Source of the DNA: Candidatus Zhuqueibacterota bacterium
GTDB taxonomy: Bacteria > Electryoneota > RPQS01
DNA: 20,756 bases
Direction of reading: 5' to 3'
NCBI GenBank assembly: GCA_003818605.1
Contig: RPQS01000064.1
Span: 1-20,756 of the forward strand
The notes beneath the pieces are model-generated. The model was not told the DNA's origin. It saw only the letters and a list, made by a program, of their open reading frames with translations, and made no database searches. Below, piece by piece: positions 8,131-15,725 of the stretch. Within the stretch, counting starts at the first letter, position 1; each line of letters starts with the position of its first letter. A program made the position numbers and the translations under genes.

Positions 8131-8177
8131 TCAATATTTCGGCTTCAGCTTTCCGCTTTCAGTTCTCAGCTTTCTGT
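8131..8177. repeat. GCTTTC-rich module related to the 3' tail of Rep-B, directly upstream of ssrA
   Basis: TTCGGCTTCAGCTTTCCGCTTTCAGTTCTCAGCTTTCTG compared with the Rep-B tail TCTTTCAGCTTTCAGATTTCCGCTTTCCGCTTTTC (7381..7415) and TTCTTTCCGCTTTCC (2550..2566). Confidence 0.5.
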
Positions 8178-8182
8178 ATTCC

Positions 8183-8535
8183 GGGGACGACATGGTTTCG
8201 ACGGGATTCAGGATGGCATTGGGTGCAGGTCGAGGCTGGAGTGCCCTCGTAAATCACATTCCAAAACAATAAGTGCGAACAACACTTATGCCCTTGCTGC
8301 CTAATTAATTAGGGAGCATGCCCTCCCCGGCTGGGGCGCAGCGGTCGGGGATGCGGCACCAACTCTCTGCGCTGGCGTACGGCAGGCCGCGGTCCGTGCG
8401 TGAGATTATGCGGCTGGCTTCCCCAAGCTCTGTCGTTGGTGCGACCGGGAAGTGAGAAACTAACCAGCGAAGACACCTGTGGTACCCGGTGTGGTCCGCT
8501 TTCCGGACGCGGGTTCGATTCCCGCCGTCTCCACT
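8183..8535 (+). ncRNA. ssrA: tmRNA (ssrA), tag peptide (A)ANNTYALAA
   Basis: 5' GGGGACGACATGGTTTCGACGGGATTCAGG... matches the tmRNA 5' consensus GGGGNNGANNNGGNUUCGACGGG. The tag reading frame GCG AAC AAC ACT TAT GCC CTT GCT GCC TAA runs 8275..8304, followed by TAATTAATTAG. The 3' tRNA-like end GGACGCGGGTTCGATTCCCGCCGTCTCCAC pairs GGGGACG with CGUCUCC (7 bp, one G:U). Discriminator A. CCA is not encoded. Confidence 0.9.
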
Positions 8536-8574
8536 AAAGCCCTTGTTAACGATTATGTTAACGAGGGCTTTTGG
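8536..8574 (+). terminator. Terminator of ssrA
   Basis: AAAGCCCTTGTTAAC-GATTAT-GTTAACGAGGGCTTT long hairpin (~14 bp stem, one mismatch) followed by TTGG. Contains two GTTAAC sites. Confidence 0.6.
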
Positions 8575-8750
8575 TATACAAGCACATGACATATTCGTTT
8601 TCCTTGCAGTGTGCTGTCATTCATTGACTCTCGAAAGACATTTTGCTAACTTGAGATTAATGCACTTCGGCTGAGGGTTCACCCTTGTCATGCACCTTAA
8701 GATGAGCGAATTCTCTGTTGAAAAGCAGTAGGGTTCGCTCGGTTCATTTT

Positions 8751-9042
8751 ATCACCTGCCGCTATCAACATCATAGCGACGGCCGATAGAGCATCGAGAT
8801 GAGCACGCTGCCGCGAAGCGGCACAGCAAGCATAGCACCTTCGGTGCCATCGCCATTATAGCGACTGCCGAGTGGGCATCGGTGGCAGCGAAGCGGCGCG
8901 AGCCGAGTACTTATTCGCACCTTCGGTGCCATTACCATTATGGCGATAGCCAGTAGGGCAGCGAGATGAATACGCTGCCACTAAAGCGGTGCACACACAC
9001 GAGACAACGCTGCACCTTCGGTGCCATCACCATCATAGCGAG
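8751..9042. repeat. Rep-A tandem cluster: four head-to-tail units (8751-8834, 8835-8916, 8917-9011, 9012-9042 truncated)
   Basis: Each unit begins (A)TCACCTGCC / GCACCTTCGGTGCC, then CATC(A/G)CCAT(C/T)AT(A/G)GCGA(C/T)(A/T)GCC, then a variable part containing CGCGAAGCGGC-like hairpins. Period 82-95 bp. Degenerate Rep-A-like fragments also occur at 8668..8720. Confidence 0.85.
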
Positions 9043-9077
9043 AAATAACAGCATATCGCAAACGAGGTTTATTCGCG

Positions 9078-9740
9078 ATGACGACGGAAAACCTGTGGCC
9101 GAAAGAATGTGCAATGTGTGGCAAGGTTAGCGCACACACCAAACTTAGTTCAAGTACGGAGTTCGGCCCCCCTGATATGGACCTTCGTCCAGCGGAGATG
9201 TATCGTTCGACGATAAGCACTTGGATTCAACGATGTCCATACTGTGGGTTTTGTTCAGGCGACATTAGTGAGGCTGAGGAGGTTGACAAAACGATAGTCA
9301 ACAGCCCAAGCTACCAGTCACAGTTAAATGATCCGCGCTTTTCGGAGCTGAGCAATTCATTTCTCTGTCGAGCAATGATCGAGAACTCGTTGGGAAACTA
9401 TCAGGCGGCCGGGTGGGCTGCATTGCGTGCCGCGTGGGTGATGGACGACAGACAAAATGTTGCGTCTGCTGCGCAGTGCCGGCTTCGGGCAATTAAATTG
9501 TTCCTGCGTGATTTCGCAGCACGGCGGGACAGCTTGAAGGAACCGGCAAAATACTATGTCCTGCTCATAGATCTACATCGGCGCACCGAGCAGTTTGGAA
9601 TGGCGCAGACCCTGTTGCTTGAGGGCAGACTTCTGAACCTTCAGGATAATGAACAACAGATATTCGACATTCAGAACGAGCTTATTGCCAAGCGTGACGC
9701 CCGATGCTACACGACATTAGGAGAGTTGCGCAACGAATAG
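9078..9740 (+). CDS. Zinc-ribbon plus helical (TPR-like) protein, possibly DUF2225-like
   Basis: 220 aa. Two CxxC pairs (CAMCG ... CPYCGFC) at the N-terminus followed by an alpha-helical region. The family assignment is from memory of domain architecture only. Confidence 0.6.
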   Translation: MTTENLWPKECAMCGKVSAHTKLSSSTEFGPPDMDLRPAEMYRSTISTWIQRCPYCGFCSGDISEAEEVDKTIVNSPSYQSQLNDPRFSELSNSFLCRAMIENSLGNYQAAGWAALRAAWVMDDRQNVASAAQCRLRAIKLFLRDFAARRDSLKEPAKYYVLLIDLHRRTEQFGMAQTLLLEGRLLNLQDNEQQIFDIQNELIAKRDARCYTTLGELRNE

Positions 9741-9767
9741 TCTGTCCCAGAACACTGAATCTATGGT

Positions 9768-9835
9768 GTTGCACCGAAAGCCTGCCGCCATTACCAACAT
9801 CCAAAGCGCAAGTGGTGCCATTTATTCTGACGACG
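9768..9835. repeat. Degenerate Rep-A copy
   Basis: GCACCGAAAGCCTGCCGCCATTACCAACATCC...GGTGCCATTTATTC. Recognisable CTGCCGCCAT(C/T)ACCA core but diverged. Confidence 0.5.
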
Positions 9836-9882
9836 TACAGCGGACGGATATAACAAGTGGTGTCTCTACAGGATAAGACTCC

Positions 9883-10719
9883 ATGAGAACAACCGCCTTT
9901 TTTCCCTTTTATTGGCTGCTGGTATGTATGGCTTTCGCACAGCCGCCTGATCTACAAATGCACCAATCCACAGAAGCGACTCGACAACGCGGGGGATTTT
10001 CGCTCGGACTTCAACACGAACAATCAACGCCGCTCGACGAAAATGTTAATCTTCGCCATTCGAACATTGATATTGTTACTTTCTGCATGGATACGCTGTT
10101 CGGCTACGAGACAATCTGTAGCTGGTGGGACGTTTTCAATCCATTCAGTCCAGAGGACAACTTCACCGTCGATGTTGCCCGCATTCACGCGACTCCGGAG
10201 CATCTTACTCAGTATTATTGGAACATCTTTGTCCCCGAAAGAAGTCCAGCCGATCCGGATCCCGGAAATCCCAACTTCAGCAATGCTCTCTACGACGCAC
10301 TAACCATTCAGGGAGATCCCTACGGAAGCGCAAGGATTTTTCCTGTTACCGTGGACGCTGGCCTGGGAACCGAGGACTTCCTCTTCCTCGCCCGTGCCTA
10401 CGACGATTCGATTCATTTTGTTTCTGTTGACCCGCACTTGATTCCAGTCACACATGGGCTACACGTGACCGTCACGTGTTACCCAAATCCCTCCAATGCG
10501 AAGACAATCATCTCGCTCGCACTGCCGCACGCGAGCAAAGTCAGCCTTGCCGTGTACGACATCATGGGCCACGAGGTGTGTGCGCTGTACGAGGGAATGC
10601 TTGAGGCTGGAGAGCAACGGTATGCATTTGACGGTTCGCTGCTGCCATCAGGGATTTACTTTGCGCGCTTGGATGCAGGCACCTTCTCGCAGACGAAGAA
10701 GCTCATGCTGCTGAAGTAA
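9883..10719 (+). CDS. Secreted protein with C-terminal T9SS/Por sorting domain (FlgD-Ig-like)
   Basis: Signal peptide MRTTAFFPFYWLLVCMAFAQ. The C-terminal ~80 aa are CYPNPSNAKTIISLALPHASKVSLAVYDIMGHEVCALYEGMLEAGEQRYAFDGSLLPSGIYFARLDAGTFSQTKKLMLLK, which matches the Por_Secre_tail / FlgD_ig pattern. Confidence 0.8.
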   Translation: MRTTAFFPFYWLLVCMAFAQPPDLQMHQSTEATRQRGGFSLGLQHEQSTPLDENVNLRHSNIDIVTFCMDTLFGYETICSWWDVFNPFSPEDNFTVDVARIHATPEHLTQYYWNIFVPERSPADPDPGNPNFSNALYDALTIQGDPYGSARIFPVTVDAGLGTEDFLFLARAYDDSIHFVSVDPHLIPVTHGLHVTVTCYPNPSNAKTIISLALPHASKVSLAVYDIMGHEVCALYEGMLEAGEQRYAFDGSLLPSGIYFARLDAGTFSQTKKLMLLK

Positions 10720-10730
10720 ATCATTCCTGA

Positions 10731-10806
10731 CGCCTGCCGCCATCACCATCATAGCGATAGCCGATGGGGTATCGAGATGCTGTAGAGCAGCAGGCGGAGC
10801 ACGCGC
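10731..10806. repeat. Rep-A copy (full length, best-preserved)
   Basis: CGCCTGCCGCCATCACCATCATAGCGATAGCCGATGGGGTATCGAGATGCTGTAGAGCAGCAGGCGGAGCACGCG. Flanking inverted repeat CGCCTGC/GCAGGCG encloses the core. Confidence 0.85.
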
Positions 10807-10848
10807 CCTCTTGTTACTGTCTAAAAGCGAAGGAGCTTGCTCGGAGAC

Positions 10849-12333
10849 ATGAATCCCCGATCATTTAAGTGGTTCTTTGGTATTTTGGCATTTCTATTTG
10901 CTCTATACCTGACGCTTTTGATCCCAGATCCAGCAGTGCTGGTTTCGCGCGCGCAAGATAAGGAACCCTTTGCATGGAATCGCGACGAGTATTGGTCATC
11001 GCTGGAATCAAGGTTCAAGGAAGCACGGGCTGAAGGCTGCGCGGGTTTATCTTTAGCGATTAATCAAAGACTCTCAAAGATTGATAGTCTCAATGTGCGA
11101 TTGCGGAACGGTTCACTGCCACCTACGATGCCGGTGTACGGTGAAGTCGAGAGCAACTTCTTTGAGTCGGGAGTGCTCCTGGCTGTTTGTCCGTCCAGGG
11201 CCAGCGACTATATGAGATCCTTCGGGGAGCTCAGACGTGCCTTGAAACAGCAGTCTGTGAAGTGGGACATGAACTCTCAAGCCGGGCGAGACTGCATCTA
11301 CAGGCTTCTCTATGGCGGTCGCATTGCTATCGAAGAGGTGATTCTGCAGTCGGCTAAAGGGGTTGTTTCACAGCCCGTCGTAGAAGCGAACGAACCCTCG
11401 GAAACACCATCCGCAACCATCTTGGGCATGGAGATTCACAGTGGTGACATCCTGGTATCACGAGGCGGTGCTCCGACGTCAGCCTTGATCGCGCGGGGCA
11501 ATGACTACCCCGGCAACTTCTCTCATGTCGCTCTGATCTATATTGACGAGAACACCGGTTTGGTCTCGATCATTGAATCTCATATCGAGAAGGGGGTAGC
11601 AATTGCCGGCATAGAGGACTACCTCAAGGATATAAAACTGCGGGTGATGGTGCTTCGCCTTCGATCGGACCACCCCGCATTGCAAGCCGATCCGATGCTT
11701 CCACACTACGCGGCCAAGTACATGTTTGGGCAGGCAGGCGCTGAGCATATCCCTTATGATTTTGCGATGAACACGTCGAACAAATCCAAAATGTTCTGTT
11801 CCGAGGTCGTATCCGGCGCTTACAGTCACTGCGGTGTCAAGCTTTGGGCCGGACTCTCCAACATCTCCAGCATGGGAGCCCGGTCGTGGTTGTCCGCCTT
11901 TGGCGTGCGAAACTTCACCACCGAGGAACCGTCGGATCTTGAATACGACCCTCAACTAAGCGTGATCGTCGAATGGCGCGACTACGAGACGCTCTACAAG
12001 GACCATTTGGACAATGCGGTGGTAGACATCATGCTCGAGAGTGCGGACAACGGGGCAGCGCTTGGTTATGACTGGTACATGCTGCCAGTGGCAAGGGTGA
12101 TCAAAATCTATTGTGCGATTATCAATAAGTTCGGTGCTATCGGACCGATCCCGGAAGGAATGACGGCCACATCAGCCTTGAAGAACAAGTGGTTCTCCCG
12201 GCACCATAGCGAAACAGTAAAGAAACTAAGTGTTCTGGCACAGCACTTCCGGCAGAGCAACGGCTATTCTCCGCCGTATTGGGATCTGATCAAGCTTGCT
12301 CGACAAGCCTATACCTCGTCTGTCACAAGATGA
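10849..12333 (+). CDS. Permuted papain-fold peptidase (C92 / YiiX-YebB-like) with N-terminal TM anchor
   Basis: GDILVSRGGAPTSALIARGNDYPGNFSHVALIY (His-first motif) followed later by KMFCSEVVSGAY (catalytic Cys). N-terminal FKWFFGILAFLFALYLTLLI. The ATG at 10849 is preferred over the listed TTG at 10837 because AAGGAG lies at 10829..10834. Confidence 0.75.
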   Translation: MNPRSFKWFFGILAFLFALYLTLLIPDPAVLVSRAQDKEPFAWNRDEYWSSLESRFKEARAEGCAGLSLAINQRLSKIDSLNVRLRNGSLPPTMPVYGEVESNFFESGVLLAVCPSRASDYMRSFGELRRALKQQSVKWDMNSQAGRDCIYRLLYGGRIAIEEVILQSAKGVVSQPVVEANEPSETPSATILGMEIHSGDILVSRGGAPTSALIARGNDYPGNFSHVALIYIDENTGLVSIIESHIEKGVAIAGIEDYLKDIKLRVMVLRLRSDHPALQADPMLPHYAAKYMFGQAGAEHIPYDFAMNTSNKSKMFCSEVVSGAYSHCGVKLWAGLSNISSMGARSWLSAFGVRNFTTEEPSDLEYDPQLSVIVEWRDYETLYKDHLDNAVVDIMLESADNGAALGYDWYMLPVARVIKIYCAIINKFGAIGPIPEGMTATSALKNKWFSRHHSETVKKLSVLAQHFRQSNGYSPPYWDLIKLARQAYTSSVTR

Positions 12334-12372
12334 CGGCACAACCGAATAGCAACGATAACAACAAACGACATG

Positions 12373-12415
12373 AGCTGCATCGGCCATCACCATCATAGCG
12401 ACGATAGCAGCACCA
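12373..12415. repeat. Rep-A copy (core only)
   Basis: GCTGCATCGGCCATCACCATCATAGCGACGATAGCAGC. Confidence 0.7.
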
Positions 12416-12454
12416 CACCGAATCCTAAAACCAGGCAGCACGAAAGAGCATTTC

Positions 12455-12820
12455 ATGGGATTTCTAAAGCGCCTTTTCACCGGTTCTACAAAGCCAGGCA
12501 AGCCGATTGCCGTAACGGACGAATCTTTCGAACAGGAAGTGCTGAATTCAGATTTGCCTGCGGTGGTTGACTTCTGGTCACCGACGTGTGCGCCGTGTCA
12601 GGTGATGGGAGGACTCTTGAATGAGCTTGGTCCAGAGTTTACAGATCGTCTTCGGATTTTCAAGTTGAACGTGGAACAAAGTCCGGACACCGCTGAACAG
12701 TACCGGATTCGGGGTGTTCCCACACTCGTATTCCTGCGCAAGGGGCGAGAAGTTGACCGTGTTGTAGGTCTGATGCCACTTCATCCGCTGCGCGCCAAGC
12801 TTGAGAAACTTGCATCATAG
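12455..12820 (+). CDS. Thioredoxin-family protein with CAPC active site
   Basis: VVDFWSPTCAPCQ ... GVPTLVFLRKGREVDRVVG is the classic thioredoxin fold. Active site WSPTCAPC instead of WCGPC. About 18-aa N-terminal extension. Confidence 0.9.
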   Translation: MGFLKRLFTGSTKPGKPIAVTDESFEQEVLNSDLPAVVDFWSPTCAPCQVMGGLLNELGPEFTDRLRIFKLNVEQSPDTAEQYRIRGVPTLVFLRKGREVDRVVGLMPLHPLRAKLEKLAS

Positions 12821-12827
12821 ACTCGAT

Positions 12828-12990
12828 GGCCTTCCGGTGCGCATCGGCCAGCATCATCATAGCGAGAGCCGATAGGGCCTTAGATGCTTCGGAGTAGTGC
12901 GAAGCGCGGTAACCAGACGTGCCGGCGCATACCGCCATCACCATTATAGCAGGGATGACAGTGGAGGTCGCAGCGTCGGCATGACCGATA
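12828..12990. repeat. Two adjacent Rep-A copies (12828-12912 and 12921-12990)
   Basis: GGCCTTCCGGTGCGCATCGGCCAGCATCATCATAGCGAGAGCCGATAGGGCCTTAGATGCTTCGGAGTAGTGCGAAGCGCGG, then CCGCCATCACCATTATAGCAGGGATGACAG.... Confidence 0.75.
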
Positions 12991-13152
12991 CGTTATTTAC
13001 CCATGAACAGAGCACTCTAAGCAGTCAGGAATCGGCATCCCACAATGGCTGAAAAAAACACACTGCGTGCGTCCCGCCTTCCATCATAGATATCGCAAGA
13101 GCCGGTGTGTAAAATGCTCAATCGGTTAACCACATACACTCTTGGAGAGAAA

Positions 13153-15603
13153 ATGCGAGTCTTACAGTGGTCCTTGGTTCTTGTTTTTACCTTTGCTGTT
13201 GTTGGCATAGCGCAGCCCTTGGATGATGTTCAATTATCGGGCATCGTCCACGGCTACTATGGGCCAGACACGACGGTTTTAAGCAATGCGACCGTTATGA
13301 TTGAGAACCTCGGAACGGGTCAACACGACTCGGTTATCACCAATGATTTAGGATTTTGGTCGTGGACCGGAGTGTCGAATGCCGTGGGCGAACCTCATTC
13401 GCCCGTGCCGGGAAATCTCGCGCTGGCTCCCAGCTATCCGAATCCATTCTCGGAGACGACGACGATTCGCATTCTGAACAATTCCCAGCAGCGTGTACGA
13501 CTTGAGGTGTATAACATTCTTGGGCAGCGGGTAGCCGAACTGGTGGATGACAATCTGCGTCCCGGCGCGTTCGATCTCACATGGAACGGCGTAAGCCGCA
13601 ACGGCACACCTCTCGCGCAAGGCATGTACTTTTTATGCTTGAACGCTGGCGGTCATGCGGTGACCCAGAAGATGGTGGTTCTTGGAACCGGTTCAGGACT
13701 TGCGAAAATGTCGCTTCGCGGGTCGAATCCGGGAAGCGGAGGATTGTTCGAACCCTTGCGCGGCTCCGGATTAAAAGGACATGCGAGCACGCTGGATGAT
13801 TTCTTGCTTCGCCTGGAGTTCCGGCACACGGACTATGACTCGGTGATCATGAACCTTACTTTGGCGGATGGACAGGATACGATGCTTGTGACCTACTTGC
13901 GCCGTCACCAAACTCCCGAGATGGTTCTGGTACCGGAGGGACCGTATTCGATGGGAGCGACTTATCGCACCACATCACAGCCTGTTCATACGGTGAATGT
14001 TCCGGCATTTTATCTTGATGTGTACGAAGTCACCAACTCCCAGTACAAAGCCTTCTGTGATTCCACGGGGCGCACCTATCCTCCCGATCCCCAATTCACC
14101 GGCATGCCCAACTACTTCACTGATCCGCTCTACGCGAATTACCCCGTGGTGAGCGTCTCATGGTATGATGCTCGCGCCTACGCTACGTGGAAAGGGAAAC
14201 GCTTGCCCACCGAAGCCGAATGGGAACGTGCGGCGAAGGGGAACGTGGACAACCGGCCGTGGCCGTGGGGAGACACATGGGTCGCGGCGAATGCCAACAT
14301 CTACCAGAATGCTGCTGACAGCTTCGAGTTTACGTCACCCGTCGGTCATTACGTTAATGGGATCAGTCCGACCGGTTGTTACAACATGGCGGGCAATGTG
14401 TCGGAGTGGTGTGAGGATGACTGGCATGATGATTATAACGGCGCCCCCACTGACGGCAGCGCATGGATAGACAATCCGCGCGGCCCCTACCGTATTATAC
14501 GGGGCGGTTCATGGCAGGGCTACGATTATAGCGCACGATGCGCCGAACGCGACTTGAACGAACCATCCATGCAACACAGCGCTATCGGTTTCCGTTGCGC
14601 CAGAAGCATCACCATCAATCAGCCGCCCTTAACTCCGTCTTCACCAATTCCAACGGATAGTGCAATCAATCAGTCAGTGACCGTCACTCTCGCGTGGACC
14701 TGCAATGATCCGGACAATGATCCAACTACGTACGATGTCTATTTTGGCACGGCATCTACGCCGCCACTGGTCAATTCCAGTCAGACAGCAGCAACTTACG
14801 ATCCGGACACGTTGGCCAACAACACAACCTACTATTGGCGAATCGTGGCGCATGACAATCACGATCACTCGACATCGGGACCTGTTTGGTCGTTTACAAC
14901 GCTGATGGGAGGCATGGTTTTAGTTCCGGCGGGGCCGTATACAATGGGTTCTTCCGCATTGGGAAGCACTGCAAGACCTGAACACACCGTCGATATTCCC
15001 GCGTTTTATATGGACATCTACGAAGTGACGAATGCCCAATATAGAGCCTTCTGTGACTCGACAAGCCGGGCGTATCCGTCCGATCCGGGCTTTTACACCA
15101 ACTACTTCACAAGCCCAACCTATGCGAGTTATCCGGTAGTCATGGTAGATTGGAATGACGCCAGCGCTTATGCGACATGGGCGGGGAAGCGGCTGCCGAC
15201 GGAAGCGGAATGGGAACGTGCGGCGAAGGGGAATACGGATAACCGCTTGTATCCATGGGGAGATGCGTGGGTTGCAGCCAATGCCAACGTCATCAATAAT
15301 CCCGCCGATGGATACACCTACACATCACCTGTAGGCAATTACCCGAATGGGATCAGTCCGGCGGGCTGCTATGACATGGCTGGAAATGTGTTCGAGTGGT
15401 GCGAGGATGACTGGCATTCGAACTATACCGGTGCGCCGACCGACGGCAACGCCTGGATAAACAATCCGCGCGGCGCCTATCGTATTCTACGGGGCGGCTC
15501 ATGGAACGTCAACCAGTTGAACGCACCATGTGCTTTTCGTTTCTTCGACAGTCCGACGTCCCGCTACAACCTTTACGGATTCCGTTGCGCCAGAACGCCA
15601 TAG
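13153..15603 (+). CDS. Secreted tandem FGE/SUMF1-domain protein (paralog of 1..2122). Signal peptide, CarboxypepD_reg-like region, internal FlgD-Ig/T9SS-CTD-like domain, FGE domain 1, Fn3-like linker, FGE domain 2.
   Basis: The probable start is the ATG at 13153 (MRVLQWSLVLVFTFAVVGIA, GGAGAG 4 nt upstream); the listed GTG at 13105 adds 16 non-signal residues. PSYPNPFSETTTIRI...GMYFLCLNAGGHAVTQKMVVL at residues ~95-185. Two copies of HTV.VPAFY.D.YEVTN.QY.AFCD ... RLPTEAEWERAAKGN ... GNV.EWCEDDWH ... RGGSW, which are the FGE-sulfatase signatures. Linker WTCNDPDNDPTTYDVYFGT...TYYWRIVAHDNHDH is Fn3-like. Confidence 0.9.
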   Translation: MRVLQWSLVLVFTFAVVGIAQPLDDVQLSGIVHGYYGPDTTVLSNATVMIENLGTGQHDSVITNDLGFWSWTGVSNAVGEPHSPVPGNLALAPSYPNPFSETTTIRILNNSQQRVRLEVYNILGQRVAELVDDNLRPGAFDLTWNGVSRNGTPLAQGMYFLCLNAGGHAVTQKMVVLGTGSGLAKMSLRGSNPGSGGLFEPLRGSGLKGHASTLDDFLLRLEFRHTDYDSVIMNLTLADGQDTMLVTYLRRHQTPEMVLVPEGPYSMGATYRTTSQPVHTVNVPAFYLDVYEVTNSQYKAFCDSTGRTYPPDPQFTGMPNYFTDPLYANYPVVSVSWYDARAYATWKGKRLPTEAEWERAAKGNVDNRPWPWGDTWVAANANIYQNAADSFEFTSPVGHYVNGISPTGCYNMAGNVSEWCEDDWHDDYNGAPTDGSAWIDNPRGPYRIIRGGSWQGYDYSARCAERDLNEPSMQHSAIGFRCARSITINQPPLTPSSPIPTDSAINQSVTVTLAWTCNDPDNDPTTYDVYFGTASTPPLVNSSQTAATYDPDTLANNTTYYWRIVAHDNHDHSTSGPVWSFTTLMGGMVLVPAGPYTMGSSALGSTARPEHTVDIPAFYMDIYEVTNAQYRAFCDSTSRAYPSDPGFYTNYFTSPTYASYPVVMVDWNDASAYATWAGKRLPTEAEWERAAKGNTDNRLYPWGDAWVAANANVINNPADGYTYTSPVGNYPNGISPAGCYDMAGNVFEWCEDDWHSNYTGAPTDGNAWINNPRGAYRILRGGSWNVNQLNAPCAFRFFDSPTSRYNLYGFRCARTP

Positions 15604-15638
15604 TTGGCTCTTGCTCCCTTGGTTCTTGACTCTTCGGT

Positions 15639-15670
15639 TGTGCGTAAATCTTTCGTACACACTTTTTTGG
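15639..15670 (+). terminator. Possible weak rho-independent terminator after the FGE gene
   Basis: TGTGCG-TAAATCTTT-CGTACA hairpin (one G:T) followed by CACTTTTTTGG. Confidence 0.35.
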
Positions 15671-15725
15671 TTATCATACGCAAGTATGACAGACATGCGA
15701 AGCATCAGCCACTGCATCTGAAGTT

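Noticed and set aside
8039-8592. ORFs 8039..8272, 8083..8304 (plus) and 8305..8592 (minus)
   Set aside because: They overlap the tmRNA gene. The plus-frame one merely reads through the tag-coding frame (its C-terminus is the ANNTYALAA tag).
12370-12570. ORF 12370..12570 with an HHHH run (MSCIGHHHHSDDSS)
   Set aside because: The His codons are just the CATCACCATCAT core of a Rep-A copy read in frame. The ORF also overlaps the thioredoxin gene start.
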